NCBI GenBank assembly: GCA_964016885.1
Contig: OZ024743.1
Coordinates: forward strand, 278,442,001-278,506,000
Origin: Eledone cirrhosa
Lineage: Eukaryota
Direction of reading: 5' to 3'
Length of the DNA: 64,000 bases
Numbering within the stretch: position 1 is the stretch's first letter; each line of letters starts with the position of its first letter. Of the stretch, positions 25,450 to 37,983 are shown one piece after another. The translations under genes were made by a program, and so were the position numbers. The notes under the pieces are model-generated. The model worked only from the letters and a program-made list of their open reading frames with translations. It was not told where the DNA came from and ran no database searches.

Positions 25450-25653
25450 GGGGATTCCTTTCTTTGTTTCTGTGCCTTTCCTTTCTTCTGTCCTACGCCA
25501 TTTTGTTTCTGTGTGTGTGTTGTGTGCTCAGTTTGCGCATGCGCCACATCCGGGTGTCTGTGTGTGTTTGTGTTCATTTATCTATTTGTTTATTTATTTA
25601 CATTTTGTTGGTTGGTTGTTTGTTCTATGTGTGTGTGTATTTTCATTTTGTCC

Positions 25654-26720
25654 TTAATTGTAAGTTGTGATGTTGCTGTTCCACTCATATTTTCTATTTA
25701 ATTTTGGTTTTAATTCTTTTATGCTTACTGCCTCTGTAATTTGTCTAAACATTGCATCTTTTCTGTGTGTAGATTCTATTTTCATTTCTATGTTCTCTAA
25801 TTTACCCTTGTGTTCTATCTTAGCATGTTGGTAGAGTACAGATGATTCTTTATTATCTTGAAGGTCTCGCCAGTGTTCATTTATCCGTTCCCCTATACTA
25901 CGAGCTGTCTCACCTATGTACACTATATTTTTGTTTCTACATTGTCCTTCAGTACATCTTATGCTATACACTACATTTCTAGTTTTACAGTTAATATGGG
26001 GGCTTATTTTACAGGTTATACATTTCTTATCTATACATGAGGGTCTTTGGAACGCGTATGTCTTGCTAATAAGTGTTTTTACGGAGGTACCTGGTCTTTC
26101 TACTATCTTAATATTGAGTTTATGTTTATTTAGGGCCCTTCTAAATTTGTAGGCTAGTTCGCCTCTAGGGGTTGTATTGATGAACATTACACTCTGGTAT
26201 TTATTGCTATCATACCATGAGTTTATTCTATTGGCCTTGTTCCTAGTTCTTTCTATTCTATTCCAAAATTTGCTCCTATACAAGGGGCAGGTCCCATTTA
26301 TGTCATTATTTACCATTTTTTCCCATTTGGTTCAGGCTCCTCTATACACTCTGATTCTATCTCTCTGATTGTAGCCAGAGAACTGCATACGGTGGATGAA
26401 GTGTTGTATGTGTCTCTCTAGTTCTTCGGGGTTGCACATGCGGGAGACATTTCTCATCACCCGTACAAAATCCGCAATCAGTATGTTGATTTTAGTATGG
26501 TCCGAAATGGCCGAGTTTCGGTGGATCAGATGTTTGGAAGTCATGGGTTTGGCATAATGGGAATGGAGGATTTGTTTTTGGTTGTTAATGGTATCTAACC
26601 AGAGCTCTGTGTCTAGTACAGGTAATCGATGGTTGGGGTGTCTACTTGGGTAGTCTATAGTAACTCTAATGCTCTGGTGGATGGAGTTTGCTATTTGCTG
26701 GATGCTTTCCATTGTGTAAT
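25654..26720 (-). pseudogene. PLE RT thumb + GIY-YIG endonuclease
   Basis: CIDKKCITC..CKTRNVVYSIRC..YIGETARSIGERINEH..E..PKLNRK; a stop at 26332-26334 separates the two ORFs. Confidence 0.88.
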
Positions 26721-27129
26721 TTATTACCCAGAGTATTTCAACATGATATTTCAGGGCTATAACCGTTTTCAAATGTGGAGCTGAAACAGTTCCAAGCAAA
26801 ACGAAATGTTGATGTGTTCTTCCTTAACTTGACTGGGTGTCTGTAATGAGTATGCGTGAAATCTTTATAGTAACCAGTCTCTCTCATGCATTTCCGATCT
26901 ATTATTTATTGGTGTTTTATTCAGGTTCATAATAATGGCTCTTTTGATTTTTGAATTGCTTGTCTTCCTTTCTGTCGCTTCTATGGTGACCTCAATGTCT
27001 TGGCTGTGGCATTTGTCAACATTTAAAAGAACAAGGACTCGCCTCCTTAGAGATAATATATGTTCCCGTAAGCTGCCACTTTTCTACGAGAAAACGACCG
27101 GTGCCCTCGAACAGGTCATCTGTAGTGAA

Positions 27130-27405
27130 GGACTAAATATGCAGTTGGCTTTCTCGGGGCTCTCAATGAGGAGACTTCTCCACGGATACCAATTCACATA
27201 CAACGATATGTGCCGACTTCCTTATTGTCCCATCAAAAAAGCAGAAGTTTGCATGAGAGAGTATATGGTCTATAAGATCACATGTAGAAAATATAGCTCC
27301 TTCTCGATCGGAAGTATCGTCCGGATGCTGCAGACACGGATCAAGGAGTACATGACGATGAGAGGTTCTTCTGTTAAAAAACATCTTGACAGACAAACAC
27401 TTAGA
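27130..27405 (+). mobile_element. Degenerate PLE GIY-YIG fragment
   Basis: MVYKITCRKYSSFSIGSIVRMLQTRIKEY; DNA homology to 30630-30850. Confidence 0.6.
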
Positions 27406-27409
27406 TCTG

Positions 27410-28000
27410 CGATCTGTTCACTGTTCGAAGCATGTCTGGAATAATTCTTGCACAATACCTCTCAGCCCTGTAATCGCAATCAGCATGATGTCCTCTCGGC
27501 CCTCAGAACGGAACCCTTTTAGTGGCATCTGCAGGTTTGGGAACGACCAGAAATCCGAGGAAGCCTGGTGAATGTGCGAAATGCCTTTCTTCGCCATGGA
27601 AGCTTGGATCAGCTCCAAAGAATGAACCGGGCCATTGCCATGATGCAACTACGAGCTTTGCAAATCAAACAGATTTGGTCTCGTGCGCCGACCAACATCA
27701 CGAGGAATTTCTTATAATTTTCCATTTTCACTCGTGGTGGCGTTAGATGCTTCAAATCTGATGGCAGATCTTTGGTTTCCATGATGTACCCATACACCAA
27801 TGTCTAGTCCATACCTATAAAAAGTGTCTTCAGGATCTTTTATGGCATTGTCGGGCGAAATGAAAATGCGACAAGAAATACAGCACCATACATATAGATG
27901 TCTGTGAGTGAATGTCGCATACCCCGAGCTCATCAACAAAGAAGCTTGTGTCTGAATATATACGGCTTCATCTTGCATAATTTTGTCTCCCTAAGGCCAT
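27410..28000 (-). pseudogene. mariner-family transposase relic
   Basis: WVYGY..ETK-like, HH(D/G)N.PVHS, SDFWSFP.L.MPLKG.R, FQTCFEQ. Confidence 0.75.
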
Positions 28001-28419
28001 TAGTTTACATGTGAAAAATAGAACCTAGCATGGTTTCAATAAACCTTGTATTTGTCCAAAATGTGTAAAACAGTCCCAAGTACTCAAAGACACATTTTTG
28101 TTCTACGCTATATCGAGTATTATGAAAGGTAACCACTCACAGGGAGTTCAACAATGTTGCTACGAAGCATATTCACCAGAATGGGTTACGCATAGTAGAT
28201 ATCTCTTATATTCACAACTGCACACGATTTATTTTTAATTTGAGTCACTTGCTACCATTAGACATGTTTTTTTGTAATATCATAAAATTATCAGCTAAAT
28301 AAATTAGAACCGACCTACAGACAGTAGGTATATATATTGATTTTAATTTACTAGCAATATGTTTTCATTTTAGGCTATTTTCTAATACAATCTTATACTA
28401 ATTTTGATTAAACTGCAGA

Positions 28420-28820
28420 GAAGCTGTTTTTCAAATTTACCTTTGAGGAAAAAAAAACATTCGCAAACTGGTGAGAAAGAAAAAAACATGAACAGTCCCG
28501 TTAATACTCGGTAAATTGAGGTTAAGAAATATAAGTGCAAAGCAATACAGTAAGGATGAACGTAGCAACTCTGTCTCACTCAATATAAAAGGTTGTATTT
28601 CCCCAACACTTCACACCGCCTTTTGAAGAACATAGTTAACATTTACTCGATCAAACGATACTTTGTTATAACTATTATTTGTTCATTGTTCAATGTTTTA
28701 TTTCTACTTTGTTTGCACGCTTCTTGCATATTGAACATGTAAAGATGCTATTCAAAATATCTATCATCAAACGTCATCCCATGATGTGACATGTCGATTA
28801 TTAAATACTGAATTGAAATT
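28420..28820. repeat. Second copy of the unclassified repeat at 8780-9180
   Basis: Same conserved blocks, same orientation. Confidence 0.7.
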
Positions 28821-29035
28821 AAAGCGAATTATACAACAATATTAATAGTAATAATATCTACTATTCGGGCATGTAAAAATGAAAGAAAATATAGCGTGCA
28901 TAAAAAGACATCAAAGAATATAAAAGAATTAGTGGTACGATGCATCTACATTTACACGTGCGCACGTATATGTATATGTATATATGTATGCCTGTATATA
29001 TATATATATATATACATGTGTATATATATATATAC

Positions 29036-29246
<211 letters not shown>

Positions 29247-29620
29247 TGTGTGTGTGTACATATACATATATAATTTAATATGTATATATGTATATATACG
29301 TATGTAATATAATATGTATATGTATATATACATATATAATATACTATGTATATATATATGTATGTATATAAAAACATAAATTATCGAGATTCGCAATTCG
29401 GCCCACGAAATAACGAAAAACAACCTCCGAGATGTGCGGAAAGTGCTCAATGGTTCAGATGAACCAGAGCTATAACAAACGTTAAACGCCAAACACACTG
29501 AGATGATGCTTAAACAATCATTCGCATAGCCAAAAACACGATCAAGTAATTCGGGTATTGAAAATTTACCCGGACCCCTGGAAGGTTGGTAAAATCCAGT
29601 ATTTGGGTTTCTGCGGCTCC

Positions 29621-29675
<55 letters not shown>

Positions 29676-29679
<4 letters not shown>

Positions 29680-29828
29680 GTTTCTACAATAGGCAAAAGG
29701 CCAGCAATTATCCCAGTGTATTACTGGTACTTTATTTCATCGACCCCCGTTAGGATGAAAGGCAAAGTTAACCTCGACGGGATTTGAACTCAGAATGGCA
29801 AGGGTCGTAACTCTATGCGTCAAAGCAA
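29676..29828 (-). mobile_element. SINE family 1, 5'-truncated
   Basis: Family core and tail. Confidence 0.85.
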
Positions 29829-29850
29829 TATACTATATATATGTATGTAC

Positions 29851-29927
<77 letters not shown>

Positions 29928-30329
29928 GTCTATGTTCGTGTGTGAGTATGTGTGCGTCTGTGTGTGTTTCAGTGTCTGTATTTTTTTTTACACGTATCTA
30001 ATAGTCTAGAACTACATGCGTTTTTTTCTTCTCATACTCCCCAAACACATGTTAGAATTTCATTGATGGAAAACTTGATAACAAATTAATGAATTTCACT
30101 GTACATAGAATATTAGGAACCTTAATCTAGAAATCACAATTTGGAACTGAAATCATATCAATACACCACAATATGTGACGTCCATGGCAAATCTCGTAAC
30201 CGATCACATATTTGAAAACTTCATGAAGAGTTTTTTTCTGAAATCCATCCCACCTCAAACATTTAATATATGTGAATATGCCAATAAACCAAATTCCTCC
30301 GTCCAGTTTTAATGTTTCTGAAGGCCACT

Positions 30330-30950
30330 CTAGTCTGGTGGGATGCGAAAAATCGTGGCTTGTGTACAGAATTGCATCACCCGGGGGCTTAACAGGTGCA
30401 GCGATGGTAGCGAAAATCATACCATCCCGGTAGAATTCCAGAGAATTCTTACCGAGAATGGATACACTATTTCTCACACTAAACACCAAAATGTCAAGAC
30501 AGCAACACCTAGAATGAAAATATGCTACATAATGCGGCCGCATTTTAGTGAGATTATGGTCGCTGCCGTCAGACAGGCCAGCCGTAGGGATGGCCTGAAT
30601 ATACCGCTGGCACACTCGGAACCTGCATAGGATTTTGCTCTACAGACATCAACCTGTATACAACGATATGTGCACACGTACTGATAGTCCCATCGGCAGT
30701 GCATAGTCGTATATGGACTGCAGGGTCACAAGCAAAGTGCATCCGAAGTACCGTCCGAATGCTGCAAATATGAATCATTGAGCACATCACGACGAGAGCT
30801 TCTGTCAAAAAACGTCTAGGCAGACGCTGCAGCCGAGATATTGAGGCCACCAGAGAGGCGACTGAAAGGAATTTGGGAAATTTAAAACGCAATGGGCCGT
30901 TAACATCAAAACGAAAATAAAATCGTTGGTAAATAATATATTGGAAATGC
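30330..30950 (+). mobile_element. Degenerate PLE RT thumb/GIY-YIG fragment
   Basis: CITRGLNRCS..ILTENGY; homology to 27130-27405. Confidence 0.6.
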
Positions 30951-31153
30951 ACGAAACAGATCGGCTAATTTAATATACTGGATAAAGCATTACTTTATTG
31001 TTGTTGTTTTTCGTATTCAGTAATTCATTTATTTGTGGTTTCTTCCTTATACCTTTCGGAGAACCATTCTTAATTGTGCACATTAATTAGATGTGCTGAT
31101 ATCCATCTTTTTCCATTTAGTCGACCGTTATTCCATTATTTATTTTGTCAAAG

Positions 31154-31304
31154 AGCGGTGGATTCGCAGTATCGGTAGAGGGTCGGACATTCTGAGTTCA
31201 AATCGCGCCGAGGTTAACTTTGCCTTTTATCCTTACGGAGTCGATAAAATAAAGTAGCAGTAATGCACTGGGTATTTGCTGGCCTTGTGGCAAAAGTAGA
31301 AACA
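31154..31304 (+). mobile_element. SINE family 1 with perfect 19 bp TSD
   Basis: ATTATTTATTTTGTCAAAG at 31135-31153 and 31305-31323. Confidence 0.9.
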
Positions 31305-32101
31305 ATTATTTATTTTGTCAAAGTCATGGCGAAATTTTCTATTTTCAAATTTGGCTCGCCGTCTCCTTAACAAACCTATATATATATATATATATATAAA
31401 ATATTAAACAAATAATGAATAAACAATAAAACAGTTCCTTATATTAAACAAAAAAAGTTCATTATTTAACGATCGTTTCTAGGATATATATGTGTTAGAA
31501 TTGGCATGCATATTCAACAGATCTATGTACAAAATTATACAAAATTATACAAACTATCAAGATTAAATATACATACCAACACATATATACGCCGTCTTCA
31601 GAAATAATGAAATATATTTATTGATAATAACAACAATTCAAAATTTCAGGTCCGTTTGGGAACAAAATTGACCAATGAAAATACAAAAGGTTTAATGCAG
31701 TTCGGTGTGTGTATATACATGTAACTACCCTTACACATATTTTACAAAAATGTATGCACAACTTGTATACGCATACCAAAAGGATGGATGCAAATACAAA
31801 ATTTCAAGGTTAATGTCTCTGTAAGTTTATAATGCACAGATAAGATGCGTATAGACACATAAATATGAAATAAGTGTATACACATATTTTCATACTCACA
31901 CATATCCGTACAGTCACACACACACGCGCGTATATGCATAAACATACACATAAACTACGAACATACAAACACACACACACCCCCACTCACATATATATAT
32001 GTGGATATAAAATCCTAAGCACATGGATATTAATTCACTCACATAAACACTGGCACACACATTTAGATCAAGATACATATATATATATATATATATATAT
32101 A

Positions 32102-32659
32102 GTGAAAACTGGAACGGGAACGAAAACAGAGAGGCAGTACTAACAAAGGTTTATTAGTTTCACGCTCTTGAGAGTGGGGTGGGTGGGGAACGACCTTTCG
32201 GGCATAAGCCCTTATTCAGGAGAAAAGTGGGTGGAAAGAGAGTTCCGAGGGTGTGTGGGGGTGTGGTGGATATACATTTAGAGAAAAGGGGGAACGGTGG
32301 AAGGGGTACAAATAAAAATAAAAATAAAAATAAAAATAAAAATAAAAATAAAAATAAAAATAAAAATAAAAATAAAAATAAAAATAAAAATAAAAATAAA
32401 AATAAAAATAAAAATAAAAATAAAAATAAAAATAATAAAAATAAAAATAAAAATAAAAATAAAAATAAAAATAAAAATAAAAATAAAAATAAAAATAAAA
32501 ATAAAAATAAAAATAAAAATAAAAAATAAAAATAAAAATAAAAATAAAAATAAAAATAAAAATAAAATTAAAATTAAAAATAAAAATAAAAATAAAAATA
32601 AAAATAAAAATAAAAAATAAAAATAAAAATAAAAATAAAAATAAAAAAAAAATATAAAA

Positions 32660-32690
<31 letters not shown>

Positions 32691-35584
32691 TAAAAATAAA
32701 AATAAAAATAAAAATAAAAAAAAAATAAAAAAATAAAAATAAAAATAAAAATAAAAATAAAAATAAAAATAAAAATAAAAATAAAATAAAAATAAGAATA
32801 AAAATAAAAATAAAAATAAAAATAAAAATAAAAATAAAAATAAAGATAAAAAAGTGGTGGAAGGGTGTGGGGCATGTAGGGGTGGTGGCGGGTGGAGTAG
32901 GGAGGAGAGGGAGGCGGTGGGTCCGAGCGGGGAGTGCTGAAGGTGGTGTTTGTGTATGTGTGTAGGTGTACGTGTGTGTGTGTGTGTATGTGAATGTGAG
33001 AGTTGGGGGAAGAACGAGGTTCCAATTTCAGGAAAAAGTGTGTGTGTGGGGTGGGGTGTAGGTCGGTGTGTGCGTGCATCTGGATGGAGAGGGAGAGGAT
33101 TCCGGATGCTGAGTGTGTATATGTGGGGGTACGCACGTGTGTGTTGGTGTTTATACGTGGTGTGGATGTAGGTGGCGTGGTTCGAAAAAAAATTATGAGT
33201 GTATGTCAGTGGGTAAATTCCTAAGGTAGTTCCGTGGAGTGTGCGAAGGGGTGTCGGATATTTTTCATGTTATGGAGTGGATAGCTGGAACGATGTTCGG
33301 TGGTGCGTAATCCCTTGGTTGTGGTGGTCGGAAGTGGGGAGATGTGGGGTGCGCGCGCAACAGGAAGTGGTCAGAGGGTCAAGGCATGATGAAGGCATAG
33401 CAGTAGACGAGAATGACTGGTAGAGAAAGTCAGTGTGTGGTGAGGACTGTGTGTCTGTGTGTGCGGAGGTGCGGTGGACAGGGGAGAGGATAGGGAGGTG
33501 TGAAAGGTGGAGTGGGAATGGGGTCATGTGGGGGGATGGGGTGTGTATTAGAAGAGGTGTTAGTGGGATGTGTGTGAAGGGGTGTGGGTGGAGCGGGGAA
33601 AGGGAGGGTGAAAGAAAACGTGTGGGGGACGGAGGAGGGATTGTTGTGTACTGGTGTGTGTGTGCGTGTTTGGATGAGTGTGTGTGTGGTAAAGCAGGTG
33701 TTAGTGGGTGTTAGTATACTGGTGGTGGGGAAAGGGTTGAATGCGGTGAAAAGGAGTGTTAGTGGTGTTAGTGGGGGATATGTGTGTGTGGGGGTCGAAG
33801 GCTAAAGGAATAGGGGTGGGAGTTCAGGCGGGAGGGAGTGTGGGTCTGTAGGATGTTCCGTGGCATTGGAGTAGGCCACAGACTGTGAGGTGGTGGGCGG
33901 AATGTCCAGGGGAGCCAAAGTGGCTGACGATGGGGGAACTCCCGCCGAGACGAATATCCCGGAGGTGTTCAGTGAAACGGTCCGCCAGGCGACGTCCAGT
34001 CTGTCCGACGTAGGTTGTGCTGCACTCCGTACAGTTAATTCCATGGACTAGTTTGGAGGAGGTGCAGCGGAAGGTGTGCCGGATAGAGAGAGAGTCGCCG
34101 TTGGGACCCTGGAAGGTGGTGGTGTTGGTGAGAGAAGGTGTGGCAACGAGGCCTGCAGAAGGGAAGGGAACCGGAGGGAGAGGAGCGTGGGTTGTGGGGT
34201 AGAGGGCTGCGGACGAGGAGGGTGCGGAGATTGCGTGCGCGTTTGAAGGAGGGGAGGGGTGGGGATGGGAAGATGTGGGAGGCGGAGGGGTCGGACTGGA
34301 GGCGTCGGAAGAGGTGGAGGATGGTGCGGTGGAGGGTAAGGTGGAAGGCTGGTAGGTGATGGGGAAGGGGAGACGGTGGGTGGGTGTGTGGTGGCGTGGG
34401 TGAGGGTGGTGAAGCGCGCGAGTGAGGGCGGTGTGGACGAGGGAGGTGGGTAGCCTCTTGGATGAAATGGCTGACTAGGGAAAGGGCTTGGGACTCAAAG
34501 TCAGCATCTTGGCTGCAGAGGCGGCGGATCCGGAGGAGTTGGGAGTAGGAAATAGAATGTTTTGTGTGTGCTGGGTGGGAGGAGGTGAAGTCGAGTAGTC
34601 GGTGTGTTTGAAGATGACGGAGGTGACGAGGGAGCGGTGGGAGGGGTCGATGGCGATGGAGATGTCTAAGAAGTGGACGTGGGTGATGGAGATAGAGGTA
34701 GTGAAGTGGAGGGAGGGGTAGAAGGAGCAGAAGAAGGAGAGAAAGGAGTCGAGCTGTTCTCGGTTGAGGGTCGTGGCTCCGATACAGTCGTCGATGTAAC
34801 GACCGTACAGTTCGGGCGTGGGGCCGGTGTACTGGGCAAAGATTTGGGCCTCAACATGGCCAACGAAAAGGTTGGCATAGTTGGGCCCATTCTTGTGCCC
34901 ATGGCTACCCCCGTGACCTGTTGGTAAAACTCACCCGAGAAGGAGAAGCAGTTGAGGCCGAGGACCATCGGCGAGGCTAGGAGGGTGGGGGAGGAGGGGA
35001 TGAGGGAGGGGAGAAGGTCTAGGTAGTGACTGAAGGCACGTAGGCCGTCGGCGTGGGGGAAGACAGTATAAAGCAACTTGATATCTAGGGTGAAGAGGAG
35101 GAGGTGTGGGCCGGGTGGGAAAGTGAAGGAGTCGAACAGGTGGAGGGCGTGGTTGGTGTCGGAGATGTGGGAGGGGAGGGTGGTGACGAGGGGGGCGACG
35201 ATGGAGTCAAGAAAGGCGGAGATGATTTCGGTGGGGCAGTTGCAATCGGAGACGATGGGGCGGCCGGGGTTGTCGTGTTTGTGGAGTTTGGGGAGGAAGT
35301 AGATAGAAGATAGACGAGGTGCGGGGGGTTCGGACGATGAGGTGGGAAGCGGTGGGAGGGAGGAGGGAGGAGGTGATAAGGTGTTGGATGGTGGACGAAA
35401 CCTGTTGTTGGTAGAGGGGTGTGGGGTCGGAGGTTAGAGGGAGGTAGAAGCGGGGGTTACGTAGCTGCCTGAGGGCTTCGTTCGTGTAGAGGTCAGCGCG
35501 CTACCCCACCACGGCGCCTCCCTTGTCCGCCGGCTTGATGACGAGGTCATCTCGGCTACGGAGGGAGCGGAGAGCGAGGAGTTC
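32102..35584 (-). mobile_element. Neptune-type Penelope-like element in (TA)n
   Basis: VIKPADKGGAVV, QVTGVAMGTRMGP, RYIDD, C-RPRC linker, CTSSKLVHGINCTECSTTYVGQTGRRLADRFTEH (GIY-YIG about 33960-34070); pLTR hammerhead relic 32187-32221. Confidence 0.9.
32309..32845. repeat. (AAAAAT)n tandem array inside the PLE 3' region
   Basis: Seen directly. Confidence 0.97.
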
Positions 35585-35623
35585 ATATACACACACAGAC
35601 ATATATATATATATATATACATA

Positions 35624-35685
<62 letters not shown>

Positions 35686-35687
<2 letters not shown>

Positions 35688-35860
35688 CGAAGGAAATGTG
35701 GTAAGGAACCAGGTGGACCATAACGCACCAAAGTACTCAATACTTGAGGTAGTAGAGTGGGTAATAGGAACCAGTAAGACCCCGACAGCTGAGCTCAAGC
35801 CGTTTCGACGGCTAATTCGAAACGGCTTGAGCTCAGCTGTCGGGGTCTTACTGGTTCCTA
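35686..35860 (-). mobile_element. Fold-back PLE pLTR stub (family P2)
   Basis: Homolog of 2274-2472; palindrome about 35765-35860; (TA)n on both sides. Confidence 0.65.
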
Positions 35861-35879
35861 TATATATATATATATATAT

Positions 35880-36465
35880 AAAAATATATGATCAACACTA
35901 CTGTGTTTTTTTTGCAAAATGACAATAATTTTTTAGCCAGATAGAATTATCTGCTCCTACGGTCGAGCTGAATTCATAATCACATATTCACGGCTGTTAT
36001 TTCTAGCGCCATGGATATGAGCCAGAATGCTGAGAAGGTCGTGTGCAAAAGCACATGTATTAGGCTTGCGACAGATCAGTCTTAAGATACTATCTTAGGA
36101 GAAGTGATTTTAATTTCTGGGTGCCTGCCGAAGATCACAGAAAATTGATTACTCCACTAATAATTATTTTATAAATAGTTGTTCCGTAATTAATTAATTA
36201 TTTCATTAGTATAACATCCCTTGTGAAACAGGTTTATGTTTTGAAGTTCTGCCCGATCTGCTGAAAAGGTTTGAATTTTGAAATTTAAACTTGTCTAGGC
36301 ACCAGGCAGTTGCCATTTTACGTCTGTAAGTATAGATTTAATATTTAAAATTCTCTAGATCGATACAGACGGACTATATGTACTTGAATTAAGGTATTTC
36401 TATCTGGCTAAAAAAATTATTGTCATTTTGCAAAAAAAACACAGTAGTGTTGATCATATATTTTT
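35880..36465. mobile_element. MITE-like element with ~70 bp terminal inverted repeats
   Basis: AAAATATATGATCAACACTACTGTGTTTT..AGCCAGATAGAA and its reverse complement at about 36397-36465; no ORF. Confidence 0.65.
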
Positions 36466-36488
36466 TAATTTTTAATTTCTAAATTGTA

Positions 36489-36523
<35 letters not shown>

Positions 36524-36550
36524 TAAATAAGTGTACATATATATATATAT

Positions 36551-36655
<105 letters not shown>

Positions 36656-36791
36656 ATTTACATGCCAACACGAGCAAGAATGAGGGGCTCATTCTACTGA
36701 GACGGCTTTAGAAATTAGAAATGAGGGTTGTTTGCATAATTGCAAACGAATCGTATATTATTATTAATATTCGAAAAACTTAGATTACATC

Positions 36792-36883
<92 letters not shown>

Positions 36884-37983
36884 GATGTTTTAGTGGGTAC
36901 TGAAAGGATAGTAAGATGGGGTTTATCTTATACGACCAACAATATATTCATATGTAGTACACACCCAGACCAAATGCTTAAAAAGACTGATTGTGTCTTA
37001 ATTGATGACCGTATGGTTTGGTTAGTAGTAGAGATATGTGAAATGCTGCGTATTTCTCTATACATGCGCTCACACATACGTTTTTATAGACACACACGTA
37101 TGCATGAGCAGCTTAGTTAGCATATCAAATATATTTTTGGTGTAAGTGTAGTGTAGTTTTTGGGTTTAACAAAGTAATCAAATATCTAACAAAGTTCTGT
37201 CTATCTTGCTGATTGCATGGGAGGTTCTCATTGTGAGTTCTGTTCAGCCAAGTGACAGGTGTTGGGACAAGTTATGGTTGAGGATCACTTTACATACGTT
37301 AGATCTTTGTTCATTTTGTGACCAGGCCTGAGGTTCCAGTGAGTTCTTTGAAATTAATCACCTTTCTGCATTGTCGAACACACATTCCCATTCTGTTAAT
37401 ATAGAGCCTGAATCTTCCTGCTATCACCCAGTGATGTCGTCTACGGCGCTTTCTTTCAATTTCCTGATGTAACTAGTGAGTTCAAAATGCAATATAATAA
37501 CCATACAGCGTCCTCCAAAGGGTTGATAAAAGAAAGGCAACAAAACTCTACTTTTTTTTGAGAAAATGACGCTTGGATACATGGTGTAATAACAAATTGC
37601 ACGATGCCAACTGAATATCTGTCTAGAGTTACTTTCTTAAATCTACATAAATATGAATATCTGTTTATTGTTTTGTTAAATCGTTGCTGTTCTTGTTGTG
37701 GTGGTTAATCATTATGTAGGCTATCATATTGCAATTGATTGTATATCATTATATATCCTCTGAGCTATCATGGCTATGTATTGTTCAATTAAAGAAAGTT
37801 GGTTGATTAAAAATCTGCCGACGTTTTCTTAACAGACGTGAAGCACTCCACGTTTTTTTATTCATCCGGAGTTTTATAATAATAAACAAGGAAGAAGCTT
37901 TTATTCGTACATCCCTATTTTATACGAAGAAAAAAGGGATGTACGAATAAAACGGTCTTGCTTATTTATTATTATTATTATTA

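Larger units (their letters stand above)
25241..26720 (-). mobile_element. Penelope-like element (Neptune-type), 5'-truncated
   Basis: RT C-terminus (LPVLDT, FSGY), Cys linker, C-terminal GIY-YIG, pLTR hammerhead, 3' end abutting (TA)n. Confidence 0.9.

Noticed and set aside
29380-29625. Possible hammerhead/PLE stub between (TA)n tracts
   Set aside because: Core too degenerate (CAGATGA...CAAACGTTA) to support a call
32179-33136. Long KI/NK/FY ORFs
   Set aside because: Artefact of the (AAAAAT)n array
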